DNA of 49,603 nt from Octopus bimaculoides (taxonomy: Eukaryota), in assembly GCF_001194135.2 (NCBI RefSeq), contig NC_069000.1, positions 13,786,856 through 13,836,458 on the forward strand, written 5' to 3'. This document shows, piece after piece, positions 38,050 through 49,603 of this stretch. Positions within the stretch are counted from its first letter, which is position 1. Each line of letters starts with the position of its first letter. A program made the position numbers and the translations under genes. The notes beneath the pieces were generated by a model. That model had not been told where the DNA came from, ran no database searches, and was given only the letters and a program-made list of their open reading frames with translations.

Positions 38050-38700
38050 GGAGCAATGCATTCAAGATATGATAAGTGACAGACAGGAAGTATTAGTATA
38101 GTTATATGTCTCTGGACAGCTTCCAGTTGATCGATATTCTAGACAGGATGGGGGATGCAGATTGGAGATGCAAACTGTAAGTGTGGAAGTACCATAGCAG
38201 CAATATACAGCTTTAAATAGATAGCCAGTAAACAACTAGCAATGGTCTCACTGAGTGATGCTCATATACCTTCAACCTTTCCAATGATTTTACAACCGTC
38301 TTTCATCCAATACAGATAATTTTTTATCACAATACATAGGTCATGTTCTCCAGTTTAGCTTTTTAAGCTTTGTGTTGTGAAGGAAGTTGGTTAATTCCAG
38401 GATTTTCTTCTCAAAATGTATAGAGGTGTACACGTCTATAGCCAGTTTGAGTTGCCTATCAGCAATCCATTGCTGCATTGTGTCTAGGTTAGATTGCATG
38501 AAAGCTCTATAGAATATAGGACTTGTTTTATTTCAAAGTACAGCTTAATGTCATCTACATATTTTTACACAGTAACATGCTTCAAGTTGGCATTTGTTTC
38601 TTTAATGTATACAACAAATAACAAGGGACAAAAAACACATTTCTGCAGAACACTAAATTTCCCTGTATAAGGTACAGAATGTTGTCCTAGTATCATGACT
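38050..38700 (-). mobile_element. Degenerate CR1-like LINE reverse transcriptase fragment
   Basis: Minus strand contains SVLQKCVFCPLLFVVYIK (a degenerate GVPQGSVLGPLLF..YIND) and KYVDDIKLYF, with the catalytic YxDD at 38550-38561. Confidence 0.7.
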
Positions 38701-38989
38701 GTGTCTTTTCAACTGAGAATGAAGGACTTCAACCAGTTATAAAGAGTAACCTTCACACTATTGCAGAGAGTTTCACCATATGGCATTATGCTCACAGTAA
38801 TAAACATATTGAAACATATGAAGTTACATTAATCACACAGTTTTTCCAGTTTTCAACTGTTATACTTATTTTTTTTAAATATACTATTCAAAGAGTACAA
38901 AGTCTGCTCAAAATATTATCTATATTTTGAGTATCCATTTAATTTCAAAACTTGTTAAATAGAAATCATATCCTTGGTATTGTTGGTGA

Positions 38990-39233
38990 TAGAGCACTGC
39001 CTTTAGTCGAAGAAATTGACCCCAGGACTTATTCTTTGTAAGCCTAGTACTTATTCTATCGGGGTCTTTTGTCGAACCACTAAGTTACAGGGATGTAAAT
39101 ACATCAACATCGGTTGTCAAGTGATGGCGGGNNNNNNNNNNNNNNNNNNNNGGGGGGGGGGGGGGACAAACACTGACACACAAATGCATATTGACTGCTG
39201 TTTCCAGTAAACATTGGTGCCTTTGTACCATGA

Positions 39234-39268
<35 letters not shown>

Positions 39269-39390
39269 CAACAGGCTTCTTTCAGTTTCTGTCTACCAAA
39301 TCCACTCACAAGGCTTTGGTCGGCCCAAGGCTAAAGTAGAAGATACTTGCCCAAGGTGCCACACAGTGGGACTGAACCTGGAACCACACA
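38990..39390 (-). mobile_element. Full-length tRNA-derived SINE (head, microsatellite linker, body)
   Basis: The head at about 39270-39390 matches the 1405 family in reverse. The body at about 38990-39130 matches 43975-44140 in reverse (TAGAATAAGTACTAGGCT..GACTAAA..GTGCTC). Confidence 0.75.
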
Positions 39391-40044
39391 CTTATTTTTA
39401 TAATAGTGCAAGTATATATATATTTGTTTGTATATGTATCTACTGAGTAGATGTGAAAGCATAGAATAAATAGTCTATATAGCTACAATGTATTTGAATA
39501 TGTTGAAATAAGTATAACAGTTGAAAATTCTAAAAAAGAAAAAAACAATGATTTTTAATTTACCATATTTGATGGCATATAAGACATGATTACTTTTCTC
39601 ATAAAATGTTTTTAAAAAATCACCCCAATCCTAGATGCAAAATTCTGCTAATATTACATGCTTTAATGCACAAAAAACATTTTTTTTCTGAATATGTACT
39701 GCTAAAATCAGGATACACCAAACGAATCTGTGCATTTTCTATGCCATCAAGTATAGTAATATTTCTTTTTTTACATGTTTGCTTTGGACAAAAGGGTTAT
39801 GTTCATAGTGTTGGCATGTACTCCAAGACTGATATGAGTAATGTGGTAAAAGTTCCTCTTGAACAGTTGCTGACAAGAAAAACATGAGCAAGGAAGGAAT
39901 TCTAGAGAGATGATATCTTGAAGAAGAACTGGGAATACTAGTCAATGCACAATCTATTGGAGAGGACACACAAAACATGCGTGATAATATATTCAATGTA
40001 AATGTCATTGAGTCAAAGTTGCATGGTGTAAGGTGTTGCATTCA

Positions 40045-40250
40045 TGACCACAAGATTGTGATTTCAATTCCTGGACCAGACGGTGCATTGTGTTCTTGAG
40101 CCAAACACTTCATCTCATGTTCTGTGATCACTTCAACACCTGATGTGTGGTACACCGTGCACTTGTTCAGGTAATGTCAATTTGATGGAGAGAATGAACT
40201 AATGTGCAGGACATACATTTGATCACAAAAGCAAGTCATTTGCACAGGTT
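40045..40250 (+). mobile_element. Degraded tRNA-derived SINE
   Basis: CATGACCACAAGATTGTGATTTCAATTCCTGGACC.. resembles the B-box region of the 165-540 element. Confidence 0.5.
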
Positions 40251-40874
40251 TTTTCAGCAAGAAATTGCAGAATCATCTTCCTCAGCCTACAAGACATTAC
40301 CATCCATCCATCCATCCATATGTCACTGTGGATTTAAATTGTCTGGTTCAAGTGGGAGAAGTTCAGTTATAATTATGCAATGTCACTGTATACGTAGACA
40401 CTATAAAGTAGAAAATAAAGTTTGAATGAACTTAATCAAAAATGCTATTTCAATCTTTAATGGTAATTATTTCATTTCCCTTATAATACTAATAGCACAT
40501 GTGAGAAATATATATGTATCATAGTTTCTGTTCTGCCTCTTTAAATTTTTTAATATTTCATGCTTTCATGCTTGATTCGTTTAAATAACAGAAAACCACT
40601 CAAAGTGTACTTTCTTTGTGCTTGTAGAGTACAATCATAACAAATTACAAACCCTTTAAGTCTTCTAATTTGAAGATGTTTTTTATTTCGTGAATTCCTT
40701 TCTCAAAAGAAATCCATTACAAACTTTCCATAAAGAGGAAAATTTGAAATAAATATAATAATAATGTACATGACTGTTAAACACTTTGTGTTTAAATTTG
40801 CTTCTGTATAAAAAATGTTTCTGCAATTAAACTTTTATTTTTTTTTTTTTGTATTTCATTTTTATTTCAAATAG

Positions 40875-41022
40875 ATCGCCAATTTGGATCGAAAACGGCA
40901 GCAAAGTGTTTTCTATACACTTTCCTCCGTGAACAACCTATCTGGCACTCCTTGCGATTCTGGAATGCTGCTTTCTTTGATGCAGTCCAATGTGAGCGAG
41001 CAAGAAGACCAGTCTGCACTAG
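40875..41022 (+). CDS. KIAA0513: KIAA0513-like (SBF1/SBF2 domain) protein, first visible coding exon
   Basis: AG|ATCGC..ACTAG|GTAAG, 148 nt, phase 1 in and phase 2 out. Translates (D)[48 protein letters not shown], close to the remembered vertebrate KIAA0513 segment [30 protein letters not shown]. Confidence 0.92.
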
Positions 41023-41189
41023 GTAAGCTTTTATTTTCATTAAAGTATAAACTAAAAATTCATATCTTATCTAAAAATGGAAGTTATAATTCATACCAAA
41101 CACAATGTATAGCACATGATGAATATTTTCAAACATTTTCAGTCACAAATGAACATTAATTATGAGGAACTGTAGAGAATTATAAACAT

Positions 41190-41480
41190 GGTTCTCTTCA
41201 CTTCTTTATTATTTGTTAATTGGTTAGCTATTCAACCAATTAACTAATTGATTGTTTGGTCAACCATTTGGTTAATCTATCAACCAGTTATTTTTGTCAA
41301 AGTCCATTTGTCACCTTTCATGACCTCATGAATGACATGCCCTCTCTACTCCAGGTAGACAAACCTAATTGACCGATTGATTGACCAAATGATTAATCAA
41401 ATAGTTGAAAAGGTAATTGGTTAAATTGTTAACTAGTTGACAAATAAATAATAAAGTGGCATTATTGGCATAATGACCCT
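41190..41480. mobile_element. Fold-back MITE-like element related to 22623-22823
   Basis: Imperfect inverted arms (CACTTCTTTATTATTTGTTAATTGGTTA.. and ..TAACTAGTTGACAAATAAATAATAAAGTG). Shares TTTGTCAAAGTCC and GGCATAATGAC.CTC with the 22.7-kb element. Confidence 0.55.
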
Positions 41481-41482
41481 CC

Positions 41483-41484
<2 letters not shown>

Positions 41485-41528
<44 letters not shown>

Positions 41529-41760
41529 GTTTAACGTCCGTTTTCCATGCTAGCATGGATTGGACAGTTTGAACGGGGTCTGGGAAGTCAGGAGGCTGCA
41601 CCAGGCTCCAGTCTGATCTGGTAGTATTTCTACAGCTGGATGCCCTTCCTTACGCCAACCATTCCATGAGTGTAGTGGGTGCTTTTTACGTGCCACCGGC
41701 ACAGGGGCCAGAGGAGGCTGGCAACAGCCATGATCAGTTGGTGCTTTTTACATGCAACTG
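41485..41760 (-). mobile_element. (GAT)n-tailed SINE-like retroposon
   Basis: Long (CAT)n tract plus CGTTTAACGTCCGTTTTCCATGCTAGCATGG; same family as 4939-5150. Confidence 0.75.
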
Positions 41761-42028
41761 GCACAGAACTTTTGTATATCTATCTATCTATCTATTAGGC
41801 TTCTTTCAGTTTCTGTCTATCACATCCACTCACAAGGTTTTGGTCAGCCTGAAGACATTTGCCCAAAGTGTCATGCAGTGGAACAGAACCTAGAACCATG
41901 TGGTTGGTAAACAAGCTTCTTACGACTCAGCCACACCTGTTGAGCTTTTTCCATTCTATTTTCTGAACATTTTTACTTTGATGATAAATAAGGTGTATAA
42001 AATGTATATTTTGTTTTACTTAAACCAG

Positions 42029-42097
42029 TGAGGAAGCATCGGAAGAGAAGGTAGACGACAGTGAATTTCAGGAAAATGTCACCTTTGGTCAACTTGG
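42029..42097 (+). CDS. KIAA0513: KIAA0513-like coding exon
   Basis: CAG|TGAGG..CTTGG|GTAAAG, 69 nt, phase 2/2. Translates SEEASEEKVDDSEFQENVTFGQLG (cf. DDSLRFNENITFGQLG). Confidence 0.92.
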
Positions 42098-42717
42098 GTA
42101 AAGTATTTAATACAAATTAGTTTGCTTATACACACACACACACTCATATATGTATATTTGTATGACATCATCATTTTTATCATTTTTATAACTGTTTTTC
42201 CATGCTGACATGGGTTGATCAGGAAATTTTGAAGCTGTGTTTTATGGCTATATACCCTTCTGGATACCACTTTTTTTAATTGCTTTATGTGACATGTTGA
42301 GATGTGGTGTATTTATCCTAAAAACTGGAATATACATGGTGTGTGTGTGTGTGTACATACAAGTAATAATTGTACTTAATAAGTACAATGTATGCATACT
42401 GAGGAGGTCTAATAAATCTAGAATATGCATGGAGTTGTCTACCCTGTTTTTCTTGACTCAAATTAATAATTAGAACAATGGTTTTGTTCATTTTGCTGCT
42501 CATGACATGGAATTTTAATTGATGAGATTTTTTAGCTGACTGTATTTAATAGTTTATAAAAATATGTAAATTTCTAATTATTGTAGAGTTATTATGTTTG
42601 GACAATGGTGACAATCCACAATGAATTAGAACTTATTGTTACAAACAGGTTTATTCTGTTTATTGTTTCCATATAACATGGCCTGGTGCTTTATATGTTA
42701 TAACATTTCTCTTGCAG

Positions 42718-42812
42718 GACTTTTACATGCAATATGAAATCATTTGGATTAAGCAGAGAATTGTGTTTTGAATTCCTACGCAAACAGTCTACTATTGCGA
42801 ATCTAAGCAGAG
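42718..42812 (+). CDS. KIAA0513: KIAA0513-like coding exon
   Basis: TTTCTCTTGCAG|GACTT..AGAG|GTAAC, 95 nt, phase 2/1. Translates TFTCNMKSFGLSRELCFEFLRKQSTIANLSR (cf. [29 protein letters not shown]). Confidence 0.92.
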
Positions 42813-42864
42813 GTAACAAAATATTTATTGGTTTTTGAATAATTTTGAAATACCGTAATTAGAA

Positions 42865-43050
42865 GGTGGTGAGCTGGTAGAATCATTAGAGTGTTTGATA
42901 AAATATTTGGTACTCATTTCTTCCAGCATTTTGAGTTCAAATCCTGCCAAGGTCAACTTTGCTTTTTATCCCTTCAGGGTCATTAAAATAAAGTATGGGG
43001 GTCAATGTAATTGATTCGTCCCTTTCTCTTAAAACTGCTGGCCTTGAACA
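42865..43050 (+). mobile_element. Degraded SINE of the 43697-43924 family
   Basis: GGTGAGCTGGTAGAA..GAGTTCAAAT.CTGCCAAGGTC.ACTTTGC.TT..ATCC.TTC.GGGTC is shared with 43697-43924. Confidence 0.7.
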
Positions 43051-43584
43051 TTGAACATTGTAACAAACAGATGCCCTATTCAAGAGTAATTTGGTGAACT
43101 TGATTACTTATCATCAACATCATCATCATCACTTAATGTCCATCATGTTCCATACTAGCATGGGTGGGACGCTTTCACAAGAGCCGGCCAGGCCAAAGCT
43201 TGCACCAGACTGTTTTGGCAGGATTTCTACAACTGGATGCTCTTCCAAATGCCAACCAATTTACAGGGTGTACTGGGTGTTTTTACACAACACCGGTGCA
43301 GGTGTATTTATGTGGCACCAGTACAGGTGCTTTTTGCATGACACCAACACGCATGAGTCCTCGAGGTTAGGAATGCTCAACTGGAGAGGGATGCACAGGA
43401 CAGCCTGAGTGCAAGGACAAAACTACTTAACCACACAGCCATGCCTGCACTTATTTAACATAAAGAACTAATTTTAATTGAATTACAATTTTATTATCAA
43501 ACAAAAATCAAATGTTTTTATGTTTTTAAATGATATACCTTTTAACATGAAAGACAATTAGATCTTAAATTTGATAAATTATCA

Positions 43585-44160
43585 TGGTCCAAGGTTCAGT
43601 CCCACTGCATGGCCCCTTGGGAAAGTGTCTTCTACTATAGCCTCAGGCTGACCAAAGCCTAGTAAATGGATTTGGTACACAGAAACTGAAAGAAGCGGCG
43701 AGCTGGTAGAAACGTTACCCTGCCGGGCGAAATGCTTAGCAGTATTTCATCTGCCGTCACGTTCGGAGTTCAAATTCTGCCAAGGTCGACTTTGCCTTTC
43801 ATCCTTTCGGGGTCGATAAATTAAATACCAGTTACGCACTGGGCTCAATGTAATCGACTTAATCCCTTTGTCTGTCCTTGTTTGTCCCCTCTATATTTAG
43901 CCCCTTGTGGGCAATATAGAAATAAGAAACTGAAAGAAGCCTATCATATATGTGTGCGTCTTTGTGTCCACTTCCACTGCTTGACAACTGGTGTTGGTGT
44001 ATTTACATACCTGTAACTTGGCAGTTTGGCAAATATAACTGATAGAATAAGTACTAGGCTCTAAAAAAAATTAATACTAGGGTTGATACATTCGACTAAA
44101 AATTCTTCAAGGTGGTGCTCCAGTATGGCTGCAGTCTAATGGCTGAAACATATAAAGATA
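43585..44160 (+). mobile_element. Older SINE interrupted by a younger SINE (43697-43924)
   Basis: The 16-bp direct repeat AGAAACTGAAAGAAGC at 43681-43696 and 43925-43940 flanks an inserted CpG-richer SINE; the host SINE body resumes afterwards. Confidence 0.85.
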
Positions 44161-44268
44161 AAAAGAAGAGCCTTATTTTGGATCTTTATAATTCATTCTC
44201 TGCACAATAGTTTCTTTCCCTTTTCTATAAATTAAATAATTCTTATTTTTTCCTCTTCATTTTTTCAG

Positions 44269-44318
44269 AAAAACAAAGGTTGTTGAAAGAAAACATCCTG
44301 CATTCAAAAGATAACTGA
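44269..44318 (+). CDS. KIAA0513: KIAA0513-like final coding exon
   Basis: TTTTTTCAG|AAAAAC..AACTGA, 50 nt, phase 1 matching the preceding donor. Translates (E)KQRLLKENILHSKDN*, similar in length to the vertebrate C-terminus. Lower similarity than the other exons. Confidence 0.8.
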
Positions 44319-44789
44319 ATCCCCAAAATGACCATGGTGCCAAGCAAGTTGTACTAATATATATATATACATATATATATATAATATCTAAGTTCTTCAT
44401 CTTGCTTTTTTTTTATAAAAGAAAATATAGTTATTCAAATACTTCAGTTCTAAAACCTTTCTTCGACCTTCAATCTGTCAAAAAAAAATCTTATCTATCT
44501 TCAGCTTTTTTTCATACTCTCTCTCTTATAATTGTTCTCTTAATGTGAATATTGTTCAGCCACATGGATATTAGTAGCATTTGCAAGTGAATATTGGTAT
44601 TATTCTTGTAGTACATGTAAACCCAAGTTGAAGTCAGTAGCATAGAAATATGATCAAACTTTTCCCTCTTCTATCGGTATTTCCAAATCAGCCAATTGCA
44701 AACACATATGTGTGTGTAAGTCTGTGTTTGTGTTTATGCAAGTGTGTGAGTGCATGTTGATGTGGGTCAGAGCGTGCAAACAGGATAGT

Positions 44790-44817
44790 CTATGTGTATA
44801 ATGTGTGCGTACATATA

Positions 44818-44866
<49 letters not shown>

Positions 44867-45790
44867 TGTATATATGTGTGTGTGTGTGTGTGTGTTTGTT
44901 TATAGATATATATATATATATAATATTTGGCATATATTATATATACTATGTGTAAATATATAATATATATATTTATATAATGTATTCATTATATATATGT
45001 GTATGTGAGTGTGCATGCATATACATTATATACATGTATGTATATATATCCTTAGATATCTATTTATATACATATATATATATATATCTATATATTTAAC
45101 ATAAATATATTTATGTATGGTAAATAAATATATATATAGTAAATATGTATGTATTTATCTATACACATATATTTGCAAATAGTAAAAGATTACTATACAT
45201 GCATATGTATGTTCCTCAGTCAAATCGTCCAACCCATGCTGGCATGGAAGGCGGACGTTAAACGATGATGATGATATATATACCTGTATGTGTGTTGATT
45301 GTATATATGTGTGCATGTACATATATGAGTGTATAACGTATATAAGTGGCATATATACATACATATATACATACATATATATATACACACACACACACAC
45401 ATATGTAATATGTATATATATGTGAAATATGTGTGCATGCGTCTGTCTTTCTATTTGTATGTATGTATGATTATGTATGTACGCATGTATGTATGTATGT
45501 ATGTATGTATATCTTTTTTGACATGTTAAACAGTGTCACTTGTTTGTACTTAGTTAACAAAGCATAGCTGTTCCTTCTGATGATTTTGTCATCCCTCTAT
45601 TATTTTTTGTCTGAGCCTCTCTTTTCTACATTTTACACCTTACTGAATCATCAAACAAAAATGGGAAATATTACAGTAGAAATGACAAATATTTATTGAA
45701 CATCCATATCATAAACTATGTTTATAACATGTATATTTTATATGCATATCTTATGATTCTATTAAAACATATATGTATATATACATACAA

Positions 45791-45849
<59 letters not shown>

Positions 45850-46095
45850 TTTGTGTATATATATATATAATGTATATATCAAATACGTATATAAAATAAC
45901 TGTATACATTTATATATATGTATATATGTAATAGTATATAATATTATATATAATGTATACATAGTGTATTTATATATATAATATACATAATATTATATAT
46001 GCTATGTATATATATATATGTAAATATATATATACACACACAGATATATATGTATATATCTATCTATCTATATATATATATATATATATATATGG
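44790..46095. repeat. Microsatellite-rich block downstream of the KIAA0513-like stop
   Basis: Several (TA)n, (TG)n, (CA)n and (TATG)n tracts, with a retroposon 3' end at about 45225-45275. Confidence 0.85.
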
Positions 46096-47858
46096 AACAC
46101 ATAAAATTAATTGACAGAATTTGTTGTATACAAATATATCTATCGCAATTAGAAATTCATTCATATAAAGTTCTTTCTTGAATTTAGTCCCAATTAGGAA
46201 TTTTGAATTCTTAATGTCATATATGCAAATAATTGTATAACTGAAACTTACTTGCATAAGTTTGTATATCTTAACTGATGTACAAATATTTTTCAAATAT
46301 TTTTTCAAAATTATAACAATGAATATTGATAATGACTTATTTTTCAGTGTTTGTACCAATGCAAGACACCACAATACAAATTGTTCTCTTCTTGTATCTA
46401 TATACTGTTAGTAATAATTTATCATGCAAAACAGCATATGATATCTAATTTAAATATCAAAATGTTTGAGATGAGTTTTTGCTATAAAACTCAAGTATTT
46501 TGAAATATATCGCAACTTTAGAAATGAAATTTTTTTTTTTATATAAATATTTATATCTCACTATATTTTCATTAGTTTATCTCTGACCATCATCCTGTTT
46601 GTGCACGTAGCACCAGACTAGGTTTATACGAGATTCAAATCTGGTCTGAATCTAGCCTGGTACTATGAATGAGATACTTGATGACAATCTGAGATGAAAC
46701 TCCTCAAAACATGGTGTAGACGTAAATATTACATTTCTTTTCATCTCTAAAGATGAAGTCAATAGTCCAAACAAATTTATGACATCCAATTTGTTATGAA
46801 ATTCATAATCTCTTTTGATCATTGGATTAACAAGTTATGAAAAAAAATGCAAAACAAAAAATGATCTCTGGAGATGGATTTTATTTATTTTATTTTATTT
46901 TTTGGCTTTCTTTTGGTTTATTTAAAAGTTACCTTGTTAATAGTGCAAACAACACTATTTTCTTTCAGCTGAGGCAGCTATATGGTGTTAAACTGTGATA
47001 TAACTAGATCTGAAGAAAAGTGTGTGCACATAAGAGTTATGTACATGTCTATACATGCAGTTAAAACTATCTCCAGTTACATGTTTAATAAACATGAAGA
47101 TGTCATTAAACTGGAATGGAGAATATTTATAGAAATAATATCTAAAATATGTAAATATCTTGGTGAGATATATTATATTATATTATATTTATATATTCAG
47201 AATTTCAAAACTCTATTAAATTCTATTTTTTGTTTGTTTGTTTGTTTTGATTTAACCTTGTTTCACTTTCTATTTCCTCCTGACTTACTTAACTGATCAT
47301 TTCTCTAATGGTTTGAGTATCAGCCCAATCTATAAAGATACTGATATTGTAGTTCTGTTTTGTTGATATTTTGATGAGATTCTGAATACAAAGTAATCTA
47401 TGAGGCTAAATGAAAATCAATAGCAGCAGCTAATAGATTGTAATACAACTTAGATTGATTAACCAGCAAATAGATTTTTCAACAGAAATATCTTAAACTT
47501 TATCAAACATGTATGAAATATATACATATTATTTGCACTTTTTAATGATGTTGAAATTATTTCAGAAAAAGGAAAGCTAAGGCATTGCAATTAAACATAA
47601 GCGTAGAACAGTTACATTAGACCAACATTCAGTTTCATAAAACTGATACATGGAACATGGACGTTAAATGATGATGTTGATGATGATGATGATGATGATG
47701 AATTAAGCAATCGGTAGTAAATTGCAAGTCACATGCAGATGTCTTGTGTTTAGTGTGCATTATGCAATTTTAATTACAAATATACACTTCTATGTGTGTT
47801 TTTTTTCTTCAATTATTTAGAATCATCATATGCAGCTCTTTATAGCACATAACAAGTG

Positions 47859-47893
<35 letters not shown>

Positions 47894-49603
47894 ATACACA
47901 CACACATATACAAGCACGCATGCATGCAAACACACACATACGAGTACACACATGCATAGTAAAACTTTTCTTATTAGGAATAGAATCTAAGCAGGAATTT
48001 AAAACTGCCTTATAATTTTATTATCCCACTTCACAGGGGCAAAATAATAATAATAATAAAAATAATAAAATAATAATAATAAAAAAAAAAAATTAGATAA
48101 CAGTATTGATTCTGTGGTTTTATTAGTGACTGTTAGCTGTTGATATATGTCAGTGAGTGAATGTTGTAATAAGTTCAATTTCAACCCATTAGTTATTTGA
48201 TCTTTAAGCAACTATTTAGTTGGTTATGGCAGCATATCTGTAGCTGTTATTGTTACTGTTATTGTTTATTATCATAAATGACTAATTAAAACTGGCTGTG
48301 TCCCCAGATTTCTCAACCGGAGAAATCATTAACAAAGTTGCTGTTTCCATACAAATACTTGTTCAACTTATAAAATAAATTCTGTTTTGTGTCCTTATTC
48401 TCAACATAAACATTTACTAAATTTAATAATTAAAAATGTAAAGAAGAGTAAATATTCCTGTGTTTGATACAGTGAAGGACAACAACAACAACAACATCAG
48501 GTTAATGAGAACGAGCTGAAAACCCTAATTAAATTAGGTGAAAAATTAGACATTTCAAAGAACATTGATTATAAATTAGAATGATAAATTATATGAAAAA
48601 ATTGTTTTATAGTAATAAAAAATATGTTTTACAACTTTTAATCTTTAAAAACCAAATGGAAGAAATTTGTGATATCAATTCAATGCAAAACAGAAAGTAA
48701 TTGTTAAATGGAAGAAAGAGGAATATGTTGTGGAAAAAAAAAAATTGTGTTTAAAGGAAAAGGAAATTTAACAAGAAGAAAGTTCCTGATTTACAAAAAT
48801 GATTTCTGAAAAGCTCAACTTTTTTTTTTTAATAAAGAACATTAAAGCTGAAGATATATAACATTGCTGAAAATTTAATTAAAAAGTGGAACAATCAATG
48901 TTATCTATATTGATGACTGAATACATGAAGTTTGACCAATTTCTCTATATAATTATCCACAGATTTAAAAAGGACATTTCTTTCTTTCTTTTTGTATTTT
49001 TGTTTTTGTTATTATGAAGTCTATTTTAACAGGCTTTCATAAAATTTTTGTTGTTCTGCGAGAGTTATTGACTCTACAGAATGTCATCACTACTTGACCT
49101 TATAAAACACTATTAATGGAAGTGACATGTTGCAATATTGATAGACACTTCAGCCAGATGCTATGGTACCTTGTGGCTCTTAATTCAAATCTTACAAAAA
49201 AACTGGAAATACAATTACATTGATGAAAATATCAGAAAGTGAATGTATGCAACTACAGCACAAATGAAAAAAAAATTAAAAATTAAAAATTAAAAAAATA
49301 AAATAAAATATTTAAAAAATACTTTATCTGTGTGACATTTCTAAAGATATTGAGGATTGAAAAAAATTCTAAAAATAAAAAAATGCTGTAGTAAAAACAG
49401 ATTAAAATATAAAAAAATATTAAAAATTCATATTAAAAAATATGATTGGGTTTAATAAACTGTTTCCATTTAACCCTTTCTCTTGATAAACTAAATCAAT
49501 ATATTAAATTAAATATCACTGGACTAATTCACATATATCCGGAAATGGAAGACTGTTTCTTCTGACCCAGTGCTGGTGGTCAACATTTTTATTATGAAAG
49601 AAA

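Noticed and set aside
44316-44366. TGA readthrough or selenocysteine at the KIAA0513-like stop
   Set aside because: The C-terminus length already matches the family, the next in-frame stop follows shortly, and no SECIS is evident.
12-49603. Dozens of 60-230 aa ORFs rich in YI, VC, HT or X
   Set aside because: They are translations of (TA)n, (TG)n and (CA)n microsatellites, SINE bodies or N gaps; they have no splice context or family motifs.
1-49603. CRISPR arrays, rRNA genes, operons or prokaryotic systems
   Set aside because: None seen; the sequence is eukaryotic, with spliceosomal introns and retroposons.

Overview
Eukaryotic, very AT-rich, microsatellite-saturated DNA from a gapped assembly (large N gaps at 575-864, 31213-31640 and 34657-35111, plus several ~10-N gaps). 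The repeat content ((TA)n/(TG)n/(CAT)n arrays, tRNA-derived SINEs, RTE and CR1-like LINE relics) looks like an octopod cephalopod; this is an inference. Two protein-coding signals are supported, both on the + strand. (1) A single 815-nt terminal exon (6644-7458) encodes a disordered region studded with TQT-like (LC8/dynein light chain-type) motifs, then RKRK, then a coiled coil made of 14-aa repeats. (2) The last four coding exons of a KIAA0513-like (SBF1/SBF2-domain) gene lie at 40875-44318, with clean GT-AG introns and consistent phases. I could not find the N-terminal KIAA0513 exons in the 33 kb between the two, and both the TQT exon and the first visible KIAA0513 exon start in phase 1 with 'AT'. 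The TQT exon may therefore be an alternative last exon, or a nested gene, inside a very long KIAA0513 intron. The rest is TE-derived or non-coding: Helitron, CR1 and RTE relics, hAT and other MITEs, a Penelope-like hammerhead motif, nested SINEs and several strong hairpins. Family assignments come from remembered motifs, not database searches. Almost all short ORFs in the supplied track are microsatellite or gap artefacts.
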